Source: a virus
Length of the DNA: 35,993 bases
Reading direction: 5' to 3' (one strand)
UHGV virus genome: UHGV-0194891
Shown here: positions 7,607 to 17,833 of the stretch, in pieces
Layout: each line of letters starts with the position of its first letter
How positions within the stretch are numbered: the stretch's first letter is position 1
Program-made: the position numbers and the translations under genes
The notes under the pieces: model-generated
Databases searched by the model: none
What the model was told of the DNA's origin: nothing
Seen by the model: the letters and a program-made list of their open reading frames with translations, nothing else

Positions 7607-9873
7607 TATCTCGGTCCTGCGGGGAGTTGCTGGGTTAACTGTGAATTCACGCCCTTTTGACGATCAACAGTCAAACGGGCAGCCTCGCGCGGATCGGAAA
7701 CGCCGTGGATGTTAATATTCGTTTCCTGCTGAATCACCGGGGCGCTGGTGGGCATGTTGCTCATTACTTTCGGAATGTAGTTACGCGTTTCCTGCGGCAT
7801 TAACCCCATGCCATAGCGCTTAACATTCCCGATCCCCCAGTTATATGATGCCAGTGCTTTGCTAAGGTCTCCACCGTTCTGCCGCAACAGCTGGCTGAGG
7901 TACTTAGCTGCGGCCTGAGCTGACTTTTGCGGGTCGAATACATCGTTTCCGCGAAGGCCCATGTCGCGCGCCGTGCCATCCATAAACTGAAACAGTCCTT
8001 TCGCGCCTGCGCCGGATATGGCGAACTGATTACCACCCGACTCGGTGATCGCCACGCTTTTCAACAGACCAGCAGGCAACTGATAAAGCGACTCCAGTTT
8101 ATTGAACATTGGCCCCATCCAGTCGAGCAAAACCTTGCCCTGCGCTGTGGCTTGTGGGCGTTTAACTGATTGCGCAAACTGGGAGGGGTCACCCGATATA
8201 TTTGGAGAGATTTCAGCAGCACCAGCCGGTGAGAAAAGTAAATTACCGATTTTGGCAATCCCGTCTGAGATCTTTTCAAGATAACCATTAGCAGCCTGCT
8301 GTCGGTTTTTTATTTCATCTCTTTCATGCGGGGCAATTTCATTACTACGAACATGCTGTTCCGCCCCGGGAATGTCAGGCTGAACATTATCGCCATAAAC
8401 GACGCCATTGCTTTGCGCCTGACGAATAATCTTACCTGGGCCACCATGCAGCCAATCCATCCATGCGGGCCATTCTCTTACCTCGCTAACATCTTTTCGC
8501 CCAAGGTCGGTTTTGATGCCAACCGTAGCAAGAGCATCACCAATGTTCCTTTTGGTATAGTCCAAAGATGATTTAGCACTGGCTTTTATGTTTTCACGAT
8601 CTGAAACCAGGTAACCAGCATACACTCCCCATAATTTAAGCCATGGAGGTATCGGAAGACCGGATATTTTTGCGAATGCTCCTAATACTTTTGTTACCCA
8701 TACCCCTGCGATGAAGGTAGCCAAAATTTCCAGCGAGCTCTGCCACCCACCGACAGAATCTTTTAGCCCCAGCAGCTTATCGCGCAGCCAGAGAATTGCC
8801 TTTTTCGCCTTTTCTATTGCTGGCTTCCACTTGCTCCAGTCAATCAGGCTTTTGCCCCCCTCTTTCCACGTCTGGTAATCGTCATAGAGTAATCCGATCG
8901 CCAGAATCAGCGTGGTGATCAGGCCAATAGGGGATTTCAGGAACGCAGAATTAAGCAGACGCCATGCGACCAGAAGAGCACCGAATATTTTCAGCAGATT
9001 TTTACTGCCATCATCCAGACGCTTCCACCAGTCAATGACAGAGCCAGCGCCCTGTATCAGCCGCCACGCCATTCTCGTGAATGCGTTTGCAAGCCAGATC
9101 ACGCCCTTAACAACTTTTGTCAGCGTCTCTTCAATCTTCGGGAAATTGTCGAGGATGCGCCGCCGCAGGCTGTCCAGCGAACCAGCCAGACCACCAGCGA
9201 GATTTGAGCCGATCTTGTCCCGCATAATGCCGAACAGCGACGTAAGCCCGCGCATGGAGGTCATGAATTTATTGGACTGAACAGCCGCTTTATCAGCGTT
9301 GAAACCCGTCTTTTGCAGCATCGACTGGTAATCGGCGGTAAAGCCATTCATGCCGCGCCGCATCGCCATCAGCGTGTTTTCATCGATGCCGAGCATCTGC
9401 GCGTATTGCTTCGCGCGGTAATACGGCATGTTGTTGAGCTTTTGCCCAACGCCAGTAAAGATGGCAGCAGTATCACGCATCTTTCCGCTGGCATCGCGGG
9501 TCTGGACACCAAGACGGTTCAGGAACCCTTCCGCCCCCGGATTGCTACGCATAAAGCCAGCCAGCCCTTCGAGGGAGGACATGGCCGACTCAGCGCTGGC
9601 ACCGGTTTGCGATGCGGCATAGCCCAGCGCTTTGATGCCCTGGACGCTGGCCCCCGTCCGCTGGGATGCCCAGTAAATTTTATCCAGACCATTCGCGATC
9701 TGGGTGGTAAATCCGACAATGCTCAGCGCTGCGCCTTCCACCACCGCGCCGACCTTCAGAACGTTCGCGGTAACGCCTTTCAGCACGGCTTCAAACTTAT
9801 TAGCGCCAGCCTGATCGATATCGAATCCCAGCGAAACAAGGAAGTCTTTAATCGTATCTGCGTTACCGCTCAT
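7606..9873 (-). CDS. Tail tape measure protein with C-terminal lytic transglycosylase (SLT) domain
   Basis: 755-aa ORF with long helical and hydrophobic stretches. The C-terminal part carries ...ITESGGNQFAISGAGAKGLFQFMDGTARDMGL...ASYNWGIGN, the SLT catalytic signature (ES...GLFQ...Y.G). Confidence 0.8.
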   Translation of the reverse strand: MSGNADTIKDFLVSLGFDIDQAGANKFEAVLKGVTANVLKVGAVVEGAALSIVGFTTQIANGLDKIYWASQRTGASVQGIKALGYAASQTGASAESAMSSLEGLAGFMRSNPGAEGFLNRLGVQTRDASGKMRDTAAIFTGVGQKLNNMPYYRAKQYAQMLGIDENTLMAMRRGMNGFTADYQSMLQKTGFNADKAAVQSNKFMTSMRGLTSLFGIMRDKIGSNLAGGLAGSLDSLRRRILDNFPKIEETLTKVVKGVIWLANAFTRMAWRLIQGAGSVIDWWKRLDDGSKNLLKIFGALLVAWRLLNSAFLKSPIGLITTLILAIGLLYDDYQTWKEGGKSLIDWSKWKPAIEKAKKAILWLRDKLLGLKDSVGGWQSSLEILATFIAGVWVTKVLGAFAKISGLPIPPWLKLWGVYAGYLVSDRENIKASAKSSLDYTKRNIGDALATVGIKTDLGRKDVSEVREWPAWMDWLHGGPGKIIRQAQSNGVVYGDNVQPDIPGAEQHVRSNEIAPHERDEIKNRQQAANGYLEKISDGIAKIGNLLFSPAGAAEISPNISGDPSQFAQSVKRPQATAQGKVLLDWMGPMFNKLESLYQLPAGLLKSVAITESGGNQFAISGAGAKGLFQFMDGTARDMGLRGNDVFDPQKSAQAAAKYLSQLLRQNGGDLSKALASYNWGIGNVKRYGMGLMPQETRNYIPKVMSNMPTSAPVIQQETNINIHGVSDPREAARLTVDRQKGVNSQLTQQLPAGPR

Positions 9874-10105
9874 TGGCCGCTCTCCATTTATCTACCCGGG
9901 CGTCGTTATCCTCGCGCATGTCGAGGTAGTCATTGAGAAGCGCGATGCGGCAGAGGTCTACCGCACCGCTGTTAAGGTCTTTCTGGTCAATATGGAAGGC
10001 AAGCGCCGGACGAAGAATAAAATCTTCACCGCCCGGCAGGCTGTTGAAGGTTATTCCGCTGGCGGGGTAGGCGTCTCGCTGGTAGGGAGTCCTTGCAAAA
10101 AATTT
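9863..10105 (-). CDS. -1 frameshift extension of the tail assembly chaperone (GT-like product)
   Basis: Slippery AAATTTT at 10099-10105 (minus strand) in zero-frame context GGA AAT TTT. The -1 frame is then open for 78 codons (FARTPYQRDAYPASG...KWRAANER) to TAA 9863-9865, filling the gap before the tape measure. Confidence 0.55.
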   Translation of the reverse strand, partial: KFFARTPYQRDAYPASGITFNSLPGGEDFILRPALAFHIDQKDLNSGAVDLCRIALLNDYLDMREDNDARVDKWRAANER

Positions 10106-10476
10106 CCCAGCGAGTCGGCGACCACCCGCGCCACCAGTTGCAGCATGGTCAGCAGGTCGATATCGTCAAACGCCATTTCGCCATGCTGGCAGACCGGCAC
10201 CCAGCCTTTCATGTGCTCGCGTGAAACAACGGAAAGGCAGGGGAACAGGATAGCGTCCACGTCGCCATCGCTCAGATCGGACACAGCATTGGCAATCTTT
10301 GGCAGGATGGTAGCCATCGCGCCTTCGGTGTCTTTGCTGCTGATCTTCTCCTGAACGCTCCGAAAGTCAGAAACCATCCCGGCCAGCACCGGCAACAGCT
10401 TGCGGGACACCTTCAGCTGTTCGAAAACGCTGAGCTTTGCGGTGCGATATTTCACGCCTTTAATTTCGAATTCCAT
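10051..10476 (-). CDS. Tail assembly chaperone (G-like)
   Basis: 141-aa ORF between the tube gene and the tape measure; has a slippery heptamer near its 3' end (next feature). Confidence 0.6.
   Translation of the reverse strand: MEFEIKGVKYRTAKLSVFEQLKVSRKLLPVLAGMVSDFRSVQEKISSKDTEGAMATILPKIANAVSDLSDGDVDAILFPCLSVVSREHMKGWVPVCQHGEMAFDDIDLLTMLQLVARVVADSLGNFLQGLPTSETPTPPAE
10099..10105 (-). other. Programmed -1 ribosomal frameshift slippery heptamer (AAATTTT)
   Basis: Canonical X XXY YYZ heptamer in the zero frame (GGA AAT TTT) about 15 codons before the chaperone stop; the -1 frame stays open to the tape-measure start. Confidence 0.55.
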
Positions 10477-10479
10477 GCG

Positions 10480-10920
10480 TTAAAACTCCCCGAGCAGCTG
10501 GTCAATCTTGCCGCAGTCGAACACCCAGGAAACAGTACCGCCCTCTTTGGCGTTATTGAAATCAGGCTGTTTCTGGAATGCACACGAACGCGCAGTAGAA
10601 ATATCACCCGATGCCGTGTTGCGAATGACGATCACGTTATTGCCCCAGGTGGCAGAGGACTGGCTTTGCGCGTTATACGCCAGAGACAGCTTTTTATTCA
10701 CCGGGGAGGTTTTGAGTAGCGTCACCGTAATGGTGCCTGACTTATCGGCGTGCAGGCTGTGCATCACCTCGCCATCGGCACCGATGGTCATGGTGTTTTT
10801 GTTGCCGCCCATGGTCTGGGTGATACCTTCCTCAGAGTTCGCAGAACCCTGACCAAGATCGATAACGCCGGTCGGCCCGGTGAGCGACGCGGTTACATCA
10901 AGAAAAGAATAAGTTGCCAT
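10480..10920 (-). CDS. Tail tube protein
   Basis: 146-aa ORF between the sheath-like gene and the chaperone; size and position fit a myovirus tube protein. Confidence 0.55.
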   Translation of the reverse strand: MATYSFLDVTASLTGPTGVIDLGQGSANSEEGITQTMGGNKNTMTIGADGEVMHSLHADKSGTITVTLLKTSPVNKKLSLAYNAQSQSSATWGNNVIVIRNTASGDISTARSCAFQKQPDFNNAKEGGTVSWVFDCGKIDQLLGEF

Positions 10921-10930
10921 TTATCGCTCC

Positions 10931-12091
10931 TTAGCGAACCACGTTGATCTGCACATCGGCATAATGAACTGCGCCAGCCAGCTTACAGGCCACCTGGATT
11001 AACGGTGCTTTGCGCGCTTCGCGGTCGGCCTGCGCCTGTTCGGACAGAGGTTGCGCATACACGTAATAACCTTTGGTCAGCGTATCGCCGGAATTCAGCT
11101 GTCCGATAGGGCCACCATTCCACACGCCAGCCGCTACCAGACCGTTCGTGACGGACTGATCCATGGACTGTTCAACGTTGGAAAGCAGACGGGTCACACC
11201 GGCGTCAGTCTGCGGAATTTTGGTGGTGCTGGTGTAAAGCAGGTTATAGAGATTGGTCTGAACGTAGTTCTGCAACCAGTCGAGCCCGTGGCGCTCGTCG
11301 AAGAAGTCACCGTTCGCCATGACACCCTGTTGCAGGATCGCCGTGTCGTTGGCGTAGTACACGAACACGTTCGCATTCTTCGCATCCACAGCCGCCGCCT
11401 GGCCTACCGTCAGCGTTTCGTAGGTTACGCTCGGTTCCTGTTTGAATTTCAGGGTAATGGTGGTATTGCTGCCGTTGAAATTGACAGTAAACGCGCGACC
11501 GAAAGCTGAAACCGCTGCATAAGGGCTGCTGGTGGAATATTGAATAAAGGTACGGGCATACTTGCCAGCCTTTAATTTCGACGCAACATCGGTCGTCGAA
11601 GTCGTGCTGATAATCTCGGCGTCGGCAGAGGTTACCCCGAAAATGCGGCTAAGACTGGACGCTTCGATGAGTTTAGCAACCTCAATCACGTCGTCAGCAT
11701 CAAGCACATCACCGCCATCAGCAACTTCATCAGCGACAACCAGCCCATACCAGTTGGTATATTGCAGGCAGGCATTAACAGCTTGCACAATGGTTTCCAC
11801 GCTTCCACCTTCGGAAGAAGTCAGCGTCTTCGCCCAGCGGCCAACATAAACCTGCGTCGGCTTCGGCGACTGGCTGAAGAAAACCTGCGCCGCTTCATAT
11901 TCCGGGCTGTCGACACCGAAGTCTTCGCCAATGTCCTCAACGGAAGCATATAGGCGAGTACGTTCTGTCACCGGAATGACAGTGGAAGAGCCAAGGATTA
12001 GCAATGCGCCGAAGTTACGACCAGTAGCCGCTTTCGGCGAGATGATCACATCAACGTTTACAACGTTGGATACAGGTAAGCCCTGCGTCAT
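10931..12091 (-). CDS. Tail sheath-like protein
   Basis: 386-aa ORF directly upstream of the tube gene; assigned by position and size, no motif recognised. Confidence 0.5.
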   Translation of the reverse strand: MTQGLPVSNVVNVDVIISPKAATGRNFGALLILGSSTVIPVTERTRLYASVEDIGEDFGVDSPEYEAAQVFFSQSPKPTQVYVGRWAKTLTSSEGGSVETIVQAVNACLQYTNWYGLVVADEVADGGDVLDADDVIEVAKLIEASSLSRIFGVTSADAEIISTTSTTDVASKLKAGKYARTFIQYSTSSPYAAVSAFGRAFTVNFNGSNTTITLKFKQEPSVTYETLTVGQAAAVDAKNANVFVYYANDTAILQQGVMANGDFFDERHGLDWLQNYVQTNLYNLLYTSTTKIPQTDAGVTRLLSNVEQSMDQSVTNGLVAAGVWNGGPIGQLNSGDTLTKGYYVYAQPLSEQAQADREARKAPLIQVACKLAGAVHYADVQINVVR

Positions 12092-12094
12092 AGT

Positions 12095-12703
12095 TTATTC
12101 TCCAAAAAAGGTGACTGGCACTTCCACCAGCGATTTGATGCCATACTCGCGGACAACCTTCCGGCGCAGTCGCACCGTCATGTCGTAACGGCGAACCCAT
12201 TGCTGGTTGATAAGTTCGGGGAAAGGGGTCAGAGCGGTATAGTCGCCAAGGGATAAACCAAGCGCGTTCAGCTCAGCATTGTTTTGCGGGACAGATATAC
12301 CATCGCGAAAACGGGACGCATAAGACATACCAGCCGGACCATAGAACGACGCCATGCACTCGAACGTTTCATGCCTCCAGAGCTGAGCGCCCTCTTCAGT
12401 CTGCCCGGTGAATGCAGGGTTGTTATCAATGAGCAACCCGGTAACGCCAAACGCGCACCAGTTCGTTTCAACGGGTGGCAGTGGCGGCTGATTTTTCTGC
12501 CAGCGCGGACGAACCATTCCAGACGGCAAGCCGGAAACGTTACGCATCCACTGGCTTAACAGCCTGTCGAGCGCTTCGTCATAATCCGGATCGCCACTGG
12601 TTGGTATCAGCCAGCCGCGCTCTGTGCTGGTGTTATTGCTCAACCGGAATTCCCCCATCAAACGGCAGCAACTCACAATGCGCCTGAACGAATCCGGCAC
12701 CAT
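12095..12703 (-). CDS. Hypothetical virion protein (head-tail joining or tail completion region)
   Basis: 202-aa ORF in a compact, overlapping gene series between capsid and sheath. Confidence 0.45.
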   Translation of the reverse strand: MVPDSFRRIVSCCRLMGEFRLSNNTSTERGWLIPTSGDPDYDEALDRLLSQWMRNVSGLPSGMVRPRWQKNQPPLPPVETNWCAFGVTGLLIDNNPAFTGQTEEGAQLWRHETFECMASFYGPAGMSYASRFRDGISVPQNNAELNALGLSLGDYTALTPFPELINQQWVRRYDMTVRLRRKVVREYGIKSLVEVPVTFFGE

Positions 12704-13022
12704 ACGCTGTATACGGGTCGACGAAAGTCACACGATAATCACGGCCCTGATACGTCACGATATCGGCATCACGGCCAGTCTGTCCCTGCGTCAGTCGCTC
12801 AGTCGTCACAATCAGAATTGCACCACTGATTACCTGCCCGGCCTGCATACGACGGTTTTCCAGAGAGCGATCAACAGTTACGTCTCCGGCAAACTGCGTT
12901 TTAACTTCACTGTCGCTGCCGATCCCGTCATCGTCCACCGTTTGCACGCGACGCGTTACCCACAGGTTGAAGTCGCAAAAATCGGGGTCAAAAAGTACGT
13001 CCGTCACATCAAGATTCGGCAT
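12633..13022 (-). CDS. Hypothetical virion protein
   Basis: 129-aa ORF in the head-tail connector region. Confidence 0.4.
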   Translation of the reverse strand: MPNLDVTDVLFDPDFCDFNLWVTRRVQTVDDDGIGSDSEVKTQFAGDVTVDRSLENRRMQAGQVISGAILIVTTERLTQGQTGRDADIVTYQGRDYRVTFVDPYTAYGAGFVQAHCELLPFDGGIPVEQ

Positions 13023-13563
13023 CTTTATCCCTCACAACGTGGGTAATGGCTCTGCGATATTGCCCGGTGTCAATTAATGGTTTCACCAGATCGGTTCCGG
13101 GGAGCTCGCCAGCAACACGCCGGGCAAGTTCCAGTGTTGCCCCCTTGCGCCCCCGACGAGCCCGGGCTTCAACAGTGCTGTCAGCAAGCGGCGTAAAGCC
13201 GGTAATAGTCATGTAACGCCTGACGCCATTAGCGGCCAGCGTTCCGGCGCGGTTGAGCGATCTTTCCGCACCCGCCGCATTACCATCAAGCGCAGCCTGC
13301 GCCGCTGCTTTAAGCTGCGGCACTGTCTGTTCCTCTACCGATTTAACGCCGGGGATCAGGTGCGGGCGTGGGGGGATGTTTTGCGCTGGTGAGCCGTATT
13401 CGTTGACGTAACCGATCCCGGCATTACCAAACGGAACATCCTCACGCTCGCTGTCTTCTTCCGGGATGCCCACCAGCACTTCTTTTTTACCGATGGATTT
13501 GAGCGCATCCAGAATGGCCTGAGCGTTATCCACCCTCGTTGTCACACCGCTTTTGAAACTCAT
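13009..13563 (-). CDS. Hypothetical virion protein
   Basis: 184-aa ORF in the head-tail connector region. Confidence 0.45.
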   Translation of the reverse strand: MSFKSGVTTRVDNAQAILDALKSIGKKEVLVGIPEEDSEREDVPFGNAGIGYVNEYGSPAQNIPPRPHLIPGVKSVEEQTVPQLKAAAQAALDGNAAGAERSLNRAGTLAANGVRRYMTITGFTPLADSTVEARARRGRKGATLELARRVAGELPGTDLVKPLIDTGQYRRAITHVVRDKDAES

Positions 13564-14003
13564 AGCTGGCGACCGCCCGCACCAAACATCGTGATCAGCT
13601 GATAAAATTCAGCGCCATATCGGGTGTTATTCCAGAAGCCTGCGTCAGGGTTTAGCGTCGCGCTGGTGTCATAGCTGACGCTTACCTTGTCAACGGACTT
13701 AGAGGACTGAACACCATTGGTTGAACCGCCCGGGCCGCCAACCAGCATCGCCCGGCTATCTGCCGCCCAAAGCGTCATGTAGTGCGCAACGAACAAATCG
13801 GCAAAATACGGAAACAACTTTTTGCCGGTGACCTTTTCGCTTAGCAGCACATCGGCCAGATTCAGACGAAACTCGATTTGCGCTTCGGGATATTTGGCAG
13901 GGTCAGCAAACTGCGGGAAGTCGCGGCGAAAATCACTTACTGTTGGCAGGCTTTGATTCTTTGGCATCTTTTGCCCCATTACCGCCAGTCTGGGCGGCAG
14001 CAA
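13560..14003 (-). CDS. Hypothetical virion protein
   Basis: 147-aa ORF; the start is probably an internal ATG (about 13967-13979) given the overlap with the upstream ORF. Confidence 0.4.
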   Translation of the reverse strand: MLPPRLAVMGQKMPKNQSLPTVSDFRRDFPQFADPAKYPEAQIEFRLNLADVLLSEKVTGKKLFPYFADLFVAHYMTLWAADSRAMLVGGPGGSTNGVQSSKSVDKVSVSYDTSATLNPDAGFWNNTRYGAEFYQLITMFGAGGRQL

Positions 14004-14322
14004 TCTGCGCTTGCAGGCTGTCGTTCTGCTCTTGCAGCTTGAGCAGCGCTTCTTTCAGATCGGCAATCAGCTGATCTTTATCGACAATCTGCTTATCTTT
14101 GTCGGCAATCTGCGCTTGCAGGCTGTCGATAATGGGTTGCAGATCATCGGTGTCGCTAATCACGCTTTCGGAAAGCTCGGAGTGCGCCTGGGTGAACCAG
14201 TGCGACGCGACCTCTTCCGGTACGTTATGCCGTCCCCGGCCAAACTCCCTTTTTGACTGATCGCCGAGCGTCAGCGTAAACGGGGTGTGAACATGGATGG
14301 TAACCAGCTTTTCTTTCGCCAT
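13933..14322 (-). CDS. Hypothetical coiled-coil protein downstream of the capsid gene
   Basis: 129-aa ORF with repeated LQAQIA / [16 protein letters not shown] segments, mirrored by direct DNA repeats of about 24 bp (14008-14031 and 14105-14128). Confidence 0.4.
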   Translation of the reverse strand: MAKEKLVTIHVHTPFTLTLGDQSKREFGRGRHNVPEEVASHWFTQAHSELSESVISDTDDLQPIIDSLQAQIADKDKQIVDKDQLIADLKEALLKLQEQNDSLQAQIAAAQTGGNGAKDAKESKPANSK

Positions 14323-14363
14323 TTTCAGTTCCCTTCTGGCCCCTTTCGGGGCCGTTCTGGTTA

Positions 14364-15305
14364 TCAGATACCGTCCACGTAGGACAGGGTTTCTTTGTAC
14401 ACTGGCTCAACCGCACCGAGCTTGCCGTAGTAGGTCGCAATCTGATACATACCGCGATACTGGACAGGAACGCTCTGCAACGGCACCAGCGGATAGCGCA
14501 CGTATTTCTTGTCGTTGGTGTAGGCGATCATACGGTCTTTACCGCCAACCCCACGCCCTTTCAGCCATTTGACCGCTTTGATTTCAAGCGGAACGCCGTT
14601 CTGGTGGAAAGCGATAGTGTTCACAGCCAGATAGGTCAGCAGTGACTGGTTACCCGCTTCGGAAACCTTACGGCTCGCCAGCAGTGAATACTGCTCTGGC
14701 GGAATGCGCAGATCAGAAGGCACGATGGAATAACCGGATGCTGCCCAGGCATTAGACAGAATGCTGTTCACGCTATCGAGGATCTCGTCGTTGGTTGAGT
14801 TCGCCCAGGTCTTCGGCGCGTTGTTCAGCGTCACACCGACGAGGTTTGCCAGACCTTTCAGGCCGAGTGCGTCATCACCGATGTAAACCTGCTCGTCGTT
14901 GTCCATCTGCCATTTGAGCTGCATCCCGTCGTACTTCTGGGTATCAATCGGGCGGCCTACCTGCTGAGCAGCTGCCAGCTCTACAACGGTCCAGCCCAGT
15001 TCCATACCCCAGAGGTTCAGTGGATTGCCGTCTTTGCTGATATCCACGTTCACGCCAGCAATAGCGGTGGAGTCTTTGCCTACCCAGTTTTTACCATTCG
15101 GATTTGCGCCAGTACCAGCAGCGCCAAAACTGGTGTTAGTCCAGCTGGAAATGTCATCTGCGATAGAAACGTCTTCACGCAGCTGAATATCGCGGGTCCA
15201 GGTGTAACCCACCAGCGGCAGGTTCAGCGTCTGGTCGAGTCGCTCCAGCTCCCCGATGAGAAAGGCACCAGAGCTATCAACGGTTGCCTGATCAAAAGTA
15301 ATCAT
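14364..15305 (-). CDS. Major capsid protein (putative)
   Basis: 313-aa ORF placed after the scaffold-like and decoration-like genes and before the connector genes. Confidence 0.6.
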   Translation of the reverse strand: MITFDQATVDSSGAFLIGELERLDQTLNLPLVGYTWTRDIQLREDVSIADDISSWTNTSFGAAGTGANPNGKNWVGKDSTAIAGVNVDISKDGNPLNLWGMELGWTVVELAAAQQVGRPIDTQKYDGMQLKWQMDNDEQVYIGDDALGLKGLANLVGVTLNNAPKTWANSTNDEILDSVNSILSNAWAASGYSIVPSDLRIPPEQYSLLASRKVSEAGNQSLLTYLAVNTIAFHQNGVPLEIKAVKWLKGRGVGGKDRMIAYTNDKKYVRYPLVPLQSVPVQYRGMYQIATYYGKLGAVEPVYKETLSYVDGI

Positions 15306-15316
15306 TCGTCTGTTCC

Positions 15317-15820
15317 TTAAATCTTCCAGGAGATTTCTGCATTGCCGTTAGCGTCACCGGCCCCTGTGAATTCGGCGTTGGTCAGCGCCACGTTTTTGCC
15401 ACTGACGGACGTGGACATGAAGCCGCCCAGCGGCACTTTGATGGATTCATCAGTGGAGACGACAACGTATACCGGGTCGCCTTTTTTGATGGTGCTGGCA
15501 TCAAAATCAGAACCGAGATTAACGGTCATGTAGCCACGCTTCATGGCGTCACCCGGGAAGTTCTTATCCGTCCCCACCTGGCGAACCATGTCTGGCTGCG
15601 ATGTGGTCGGATACGGACGAACGTAGATCCCCTTCACCTTGTCGGCGGTGTCACCGTCCGCCAGCGGCACGAAAAAGCCGTCAGCGTCATATTTGCCAGC
15701 CAGACCATAGGCAGCGAAGGCGTTAGCGGATTTAAGGATCACCGGTTCGACGGTTAAGTCCTGCGGGCGAGAGATAGCCCCGGCAATGCCAACAGGCATC
15801 CGGTACAAATATGCAGTCAT
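15317..15820 (-). CDS. Head protein (decoration or scaffold-associated)
   Basis: 167-aa ORF immediately upstream of the capsid gene. Confidence 0.45.
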   Translation of the reverse strand: MTAYLYRMPVGIAGAISRPQDLTVEPVILKSANAFAAYGLAGKYDADGFFVPLADGDTADKVKGIYVRPYPTTSQPDMVRQVGTDKNFPGDAMKRGYMTVNLGSDFDASTIKKGDPVYVVVSTDESIKVPLGGFMSTSVSGKNVALTNAEFTGAGDANGNAEISWKI

Positions 15821-15824
15821 TGGA

Positions 15825-17045
15825 TTATCCTTTGCGGTTAGACCAGAAGTCGGCGTTTTGTTTGTTCAGGGAAGCGATGCTGGTCATGCCCATATTTGGA
15901 CGTTGTGCATCGCCCGTGGTGCTGCGGGTGTTTCGCCCTTTGGCAATCTCTGACACGGCGTTAAACGCCATATCTACCGATTGCTTGGGCAATTTGCGGA
16001 TATCCGCATCACCGACAACCTGGCGAACCAGTGTTTTGTCAGCGGCAGCCAGCACATCACGTTTGAACGCGGTCGGTTTCACCTTACGGCTCAGATCGAT
16101 ACCCGGGACGATAACTTCGGCACGATAAGCAGCGTCACCAGTAATCGTGGTTTCTTCTTCATCGTCCTCGCCGTCACCGGTCGGATTATCGTCAGGCTTA
16201 TTGTCGTTATCGCCCGTCGCAGTTCCTTCGAGCTTAGCCAGCAGGGCTTTGAGCAAGGTTTTGATATCGTCCTCGCCGTCGCCGGTTGGCTCTCCGCCCA
16301 TTTCCGGCTTTTTGTCCGGCAATGGTTGCTGCGGTGAAAGGTTAATGTTGAGGTTAACGCCGCTCGGCAGATCCCCTTCGTCACCCGTTACCGCCGCTGG
16401 CGCAGAGTCCAGCAGTTCGTTCATGGTGTCAGCGTCACCCGTTTTGATGGCCGTGCGCATGCGGGTCCACCAGCTTTTCTTTTGATTTGCCATTGTGTCT
16501 CTGTCTCCAATTGCACAACGATTTCCGGCTCTGCCTTTGGGGACAAGAGCCACATGGTTTCCGGTAATATCGACCTGCTCGGCTTTACCTGGCTCGGTCT
16601 GCTCGTACTCCGCGTCATAGCCGCACGACACTTCACGCAGGCCATCTTCGATAAGCTGAATGGCGTTTTCGTCTTTGACGATAAGGTCAGCCAGCATCAA
16701 ATCAGACTGATCACCAGTCCCGCGCCGAACGTTCTGAAGATGCCCGACCGCAAGCTCTTTCCAGTTCTCGGGGTTGACCAGCCGCACATTTCCGTTTTCA
16801 TCTTCAGGATGCAGGATCGTGATGCTCATCCCTTCGAATGAGGCGAGCGTGGCCGGATGGAATACCTGCTCAGGAGAGCGCGTTACGACTATTTCACCGA
16901 ACTTATCGGGTTTGAGGTTTGGCAGATCGGCAGCGCCGTAAAGCTGCTTACCCGTTCGACCTATCGGCACGTCTTTGCACAGCAGCGAGCCGTCAGCCAG
17001 CTGATAACGGGTTTCCCCCAGCCGGGTATTGAAAAAATATTTCAT
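15825..17045 (-). CDS. Head scaffold or prohead protease-like protein
   Basis: 406-aa ORF with an acidic, Gly/Asp/Glu-rich central region ([22 protein letters not shown]) typical of scaffolding proteins. Confidence 0.5.
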   Translation of the reverse strand: MKYFFNTRLGETRYQLADGSLLCKDVPIGRTGKQLYGAADLPNLKPDKFGEIVVTRSPEQVFHPATLASFEGMSITILHPEDENGNVRLVNPENWKELAVGHLQNVRRGTGDQSDLMLADLIVKDENAIQLIEDGLREVSCGYDAEYEQTEPGKAEQVDITGNHVALVPKGRAGNRCAIGDRDTMANQKKSWWTRMRTAIKTGDADTMNELLDSAPAAVTGDEGDLPSGVNLNINLSPQQPLPDKKPEMGGEPTGDGEDDIKTLLKALLAKLEGTATGDNDNKPDDNPTGDGEDDEEETTITGDAAYRAEVIVPGIDLSRKVKPTAFKRDVLAAADKTLVRQVVGDADIRKLPKQSVDMAFNAVSEIAKGRNTRSTTGDAQRPNMGMTSIASLNKQNADFWSNRKG

Positions 17046-17059
17046 GGTTTACCTGCGAT

Positions 17060-17833
17060 TCAGGCGAGATAAGAATGAGGGTTGGGGAAGACGATTTCTT
17101 TGTAACAGCGGCAGTTCGGGAGCTCGCCAGCGTGACCGGTCATGCCGTCAAGCGTTGGAGGTCGGCCCCATTCGACAAACTTCCCTTCCATCTCTCGATG
17201 AGAATGCCGGACGTCGCCATCTTCGGCTGTACGCCAGATATAACCATTCGAGCCGATTGACAGCGCACGCGCCTGATCCAGCGCGCCGGTTGCGCGCCCA
17301 AGCTCAGTCCGGGCGATAAGGTTCGCTCGTGAGCGTGACACGTCACCGGAAGCAGCTATCTCTTTCGCGAATGGCTCAGCGCGGCCACCAGTTACTACAG
17401 CCTCGATGGCCTTGTTCTGAATGTCATACACCCGATCGGCGGCCTCAAGAGGCAGAGATTTGATGTACTTAATTTGCTCGGCGACGATGGATTTCATCAC
17501 CTGGCCTACCGGGGCGCGGTCAACCATGTTGCGCAGCTCTGCGCTGATGTTCCGGCTGTGCTGACGCCACTGCTTTTCATTCTGGCGCGCTATGTCTGCG
17601 GTGAAGTTCTCAGCAACCTTCGTCGCCCAGGGGGTGATGATTTCGCTGTAGCGCTCCAGCGCATCCATTATTTCGGTGACGCTATCGTTTGAACCATCGT
17701 AGCGCCCATTTACGATATCCCCGACCGCCCGCGCTATCTGCCGTAGGCTCGTTCGATATCGGATCTCCGCCTGGCGACTCTGGCGGTTTGTCGCCAAGTT
17801 CGCCGATGCCTGGCGGCGCTTCGTCTTCGGCAT
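17060..17833 (-). CDS. Head morphogenesis protein (Mu F / SPP1 gp7-like)
   Basis: 257-aa ORF directly after the portal gene; the N-terminus overlaps the portal 3' end, so the true start may be internal. Confidence 0.5.
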   Translation of the reverse strand: MPKTKRRQASANLATNRQSRQAEIRYRTSLRQIARAVGDIVNGRYDGSNDSVTEIMDALERYSEIITPWATKVAENFTADIARQNEKQWRQHSRNISAELRNMVDRAPVGQVMKSIVAEQIKYIKSLPLEAADRVYDIQNKAIEAVVTGGRAEPFAKEIAASGDVSRSRANLIARTELGRATGALDQARALSIGSNGYIWRTAEDGDVRHSHREMEGKFVEWGRPPTLDGMTGHAGELPNCRCYKEIVFPNPHSYLA

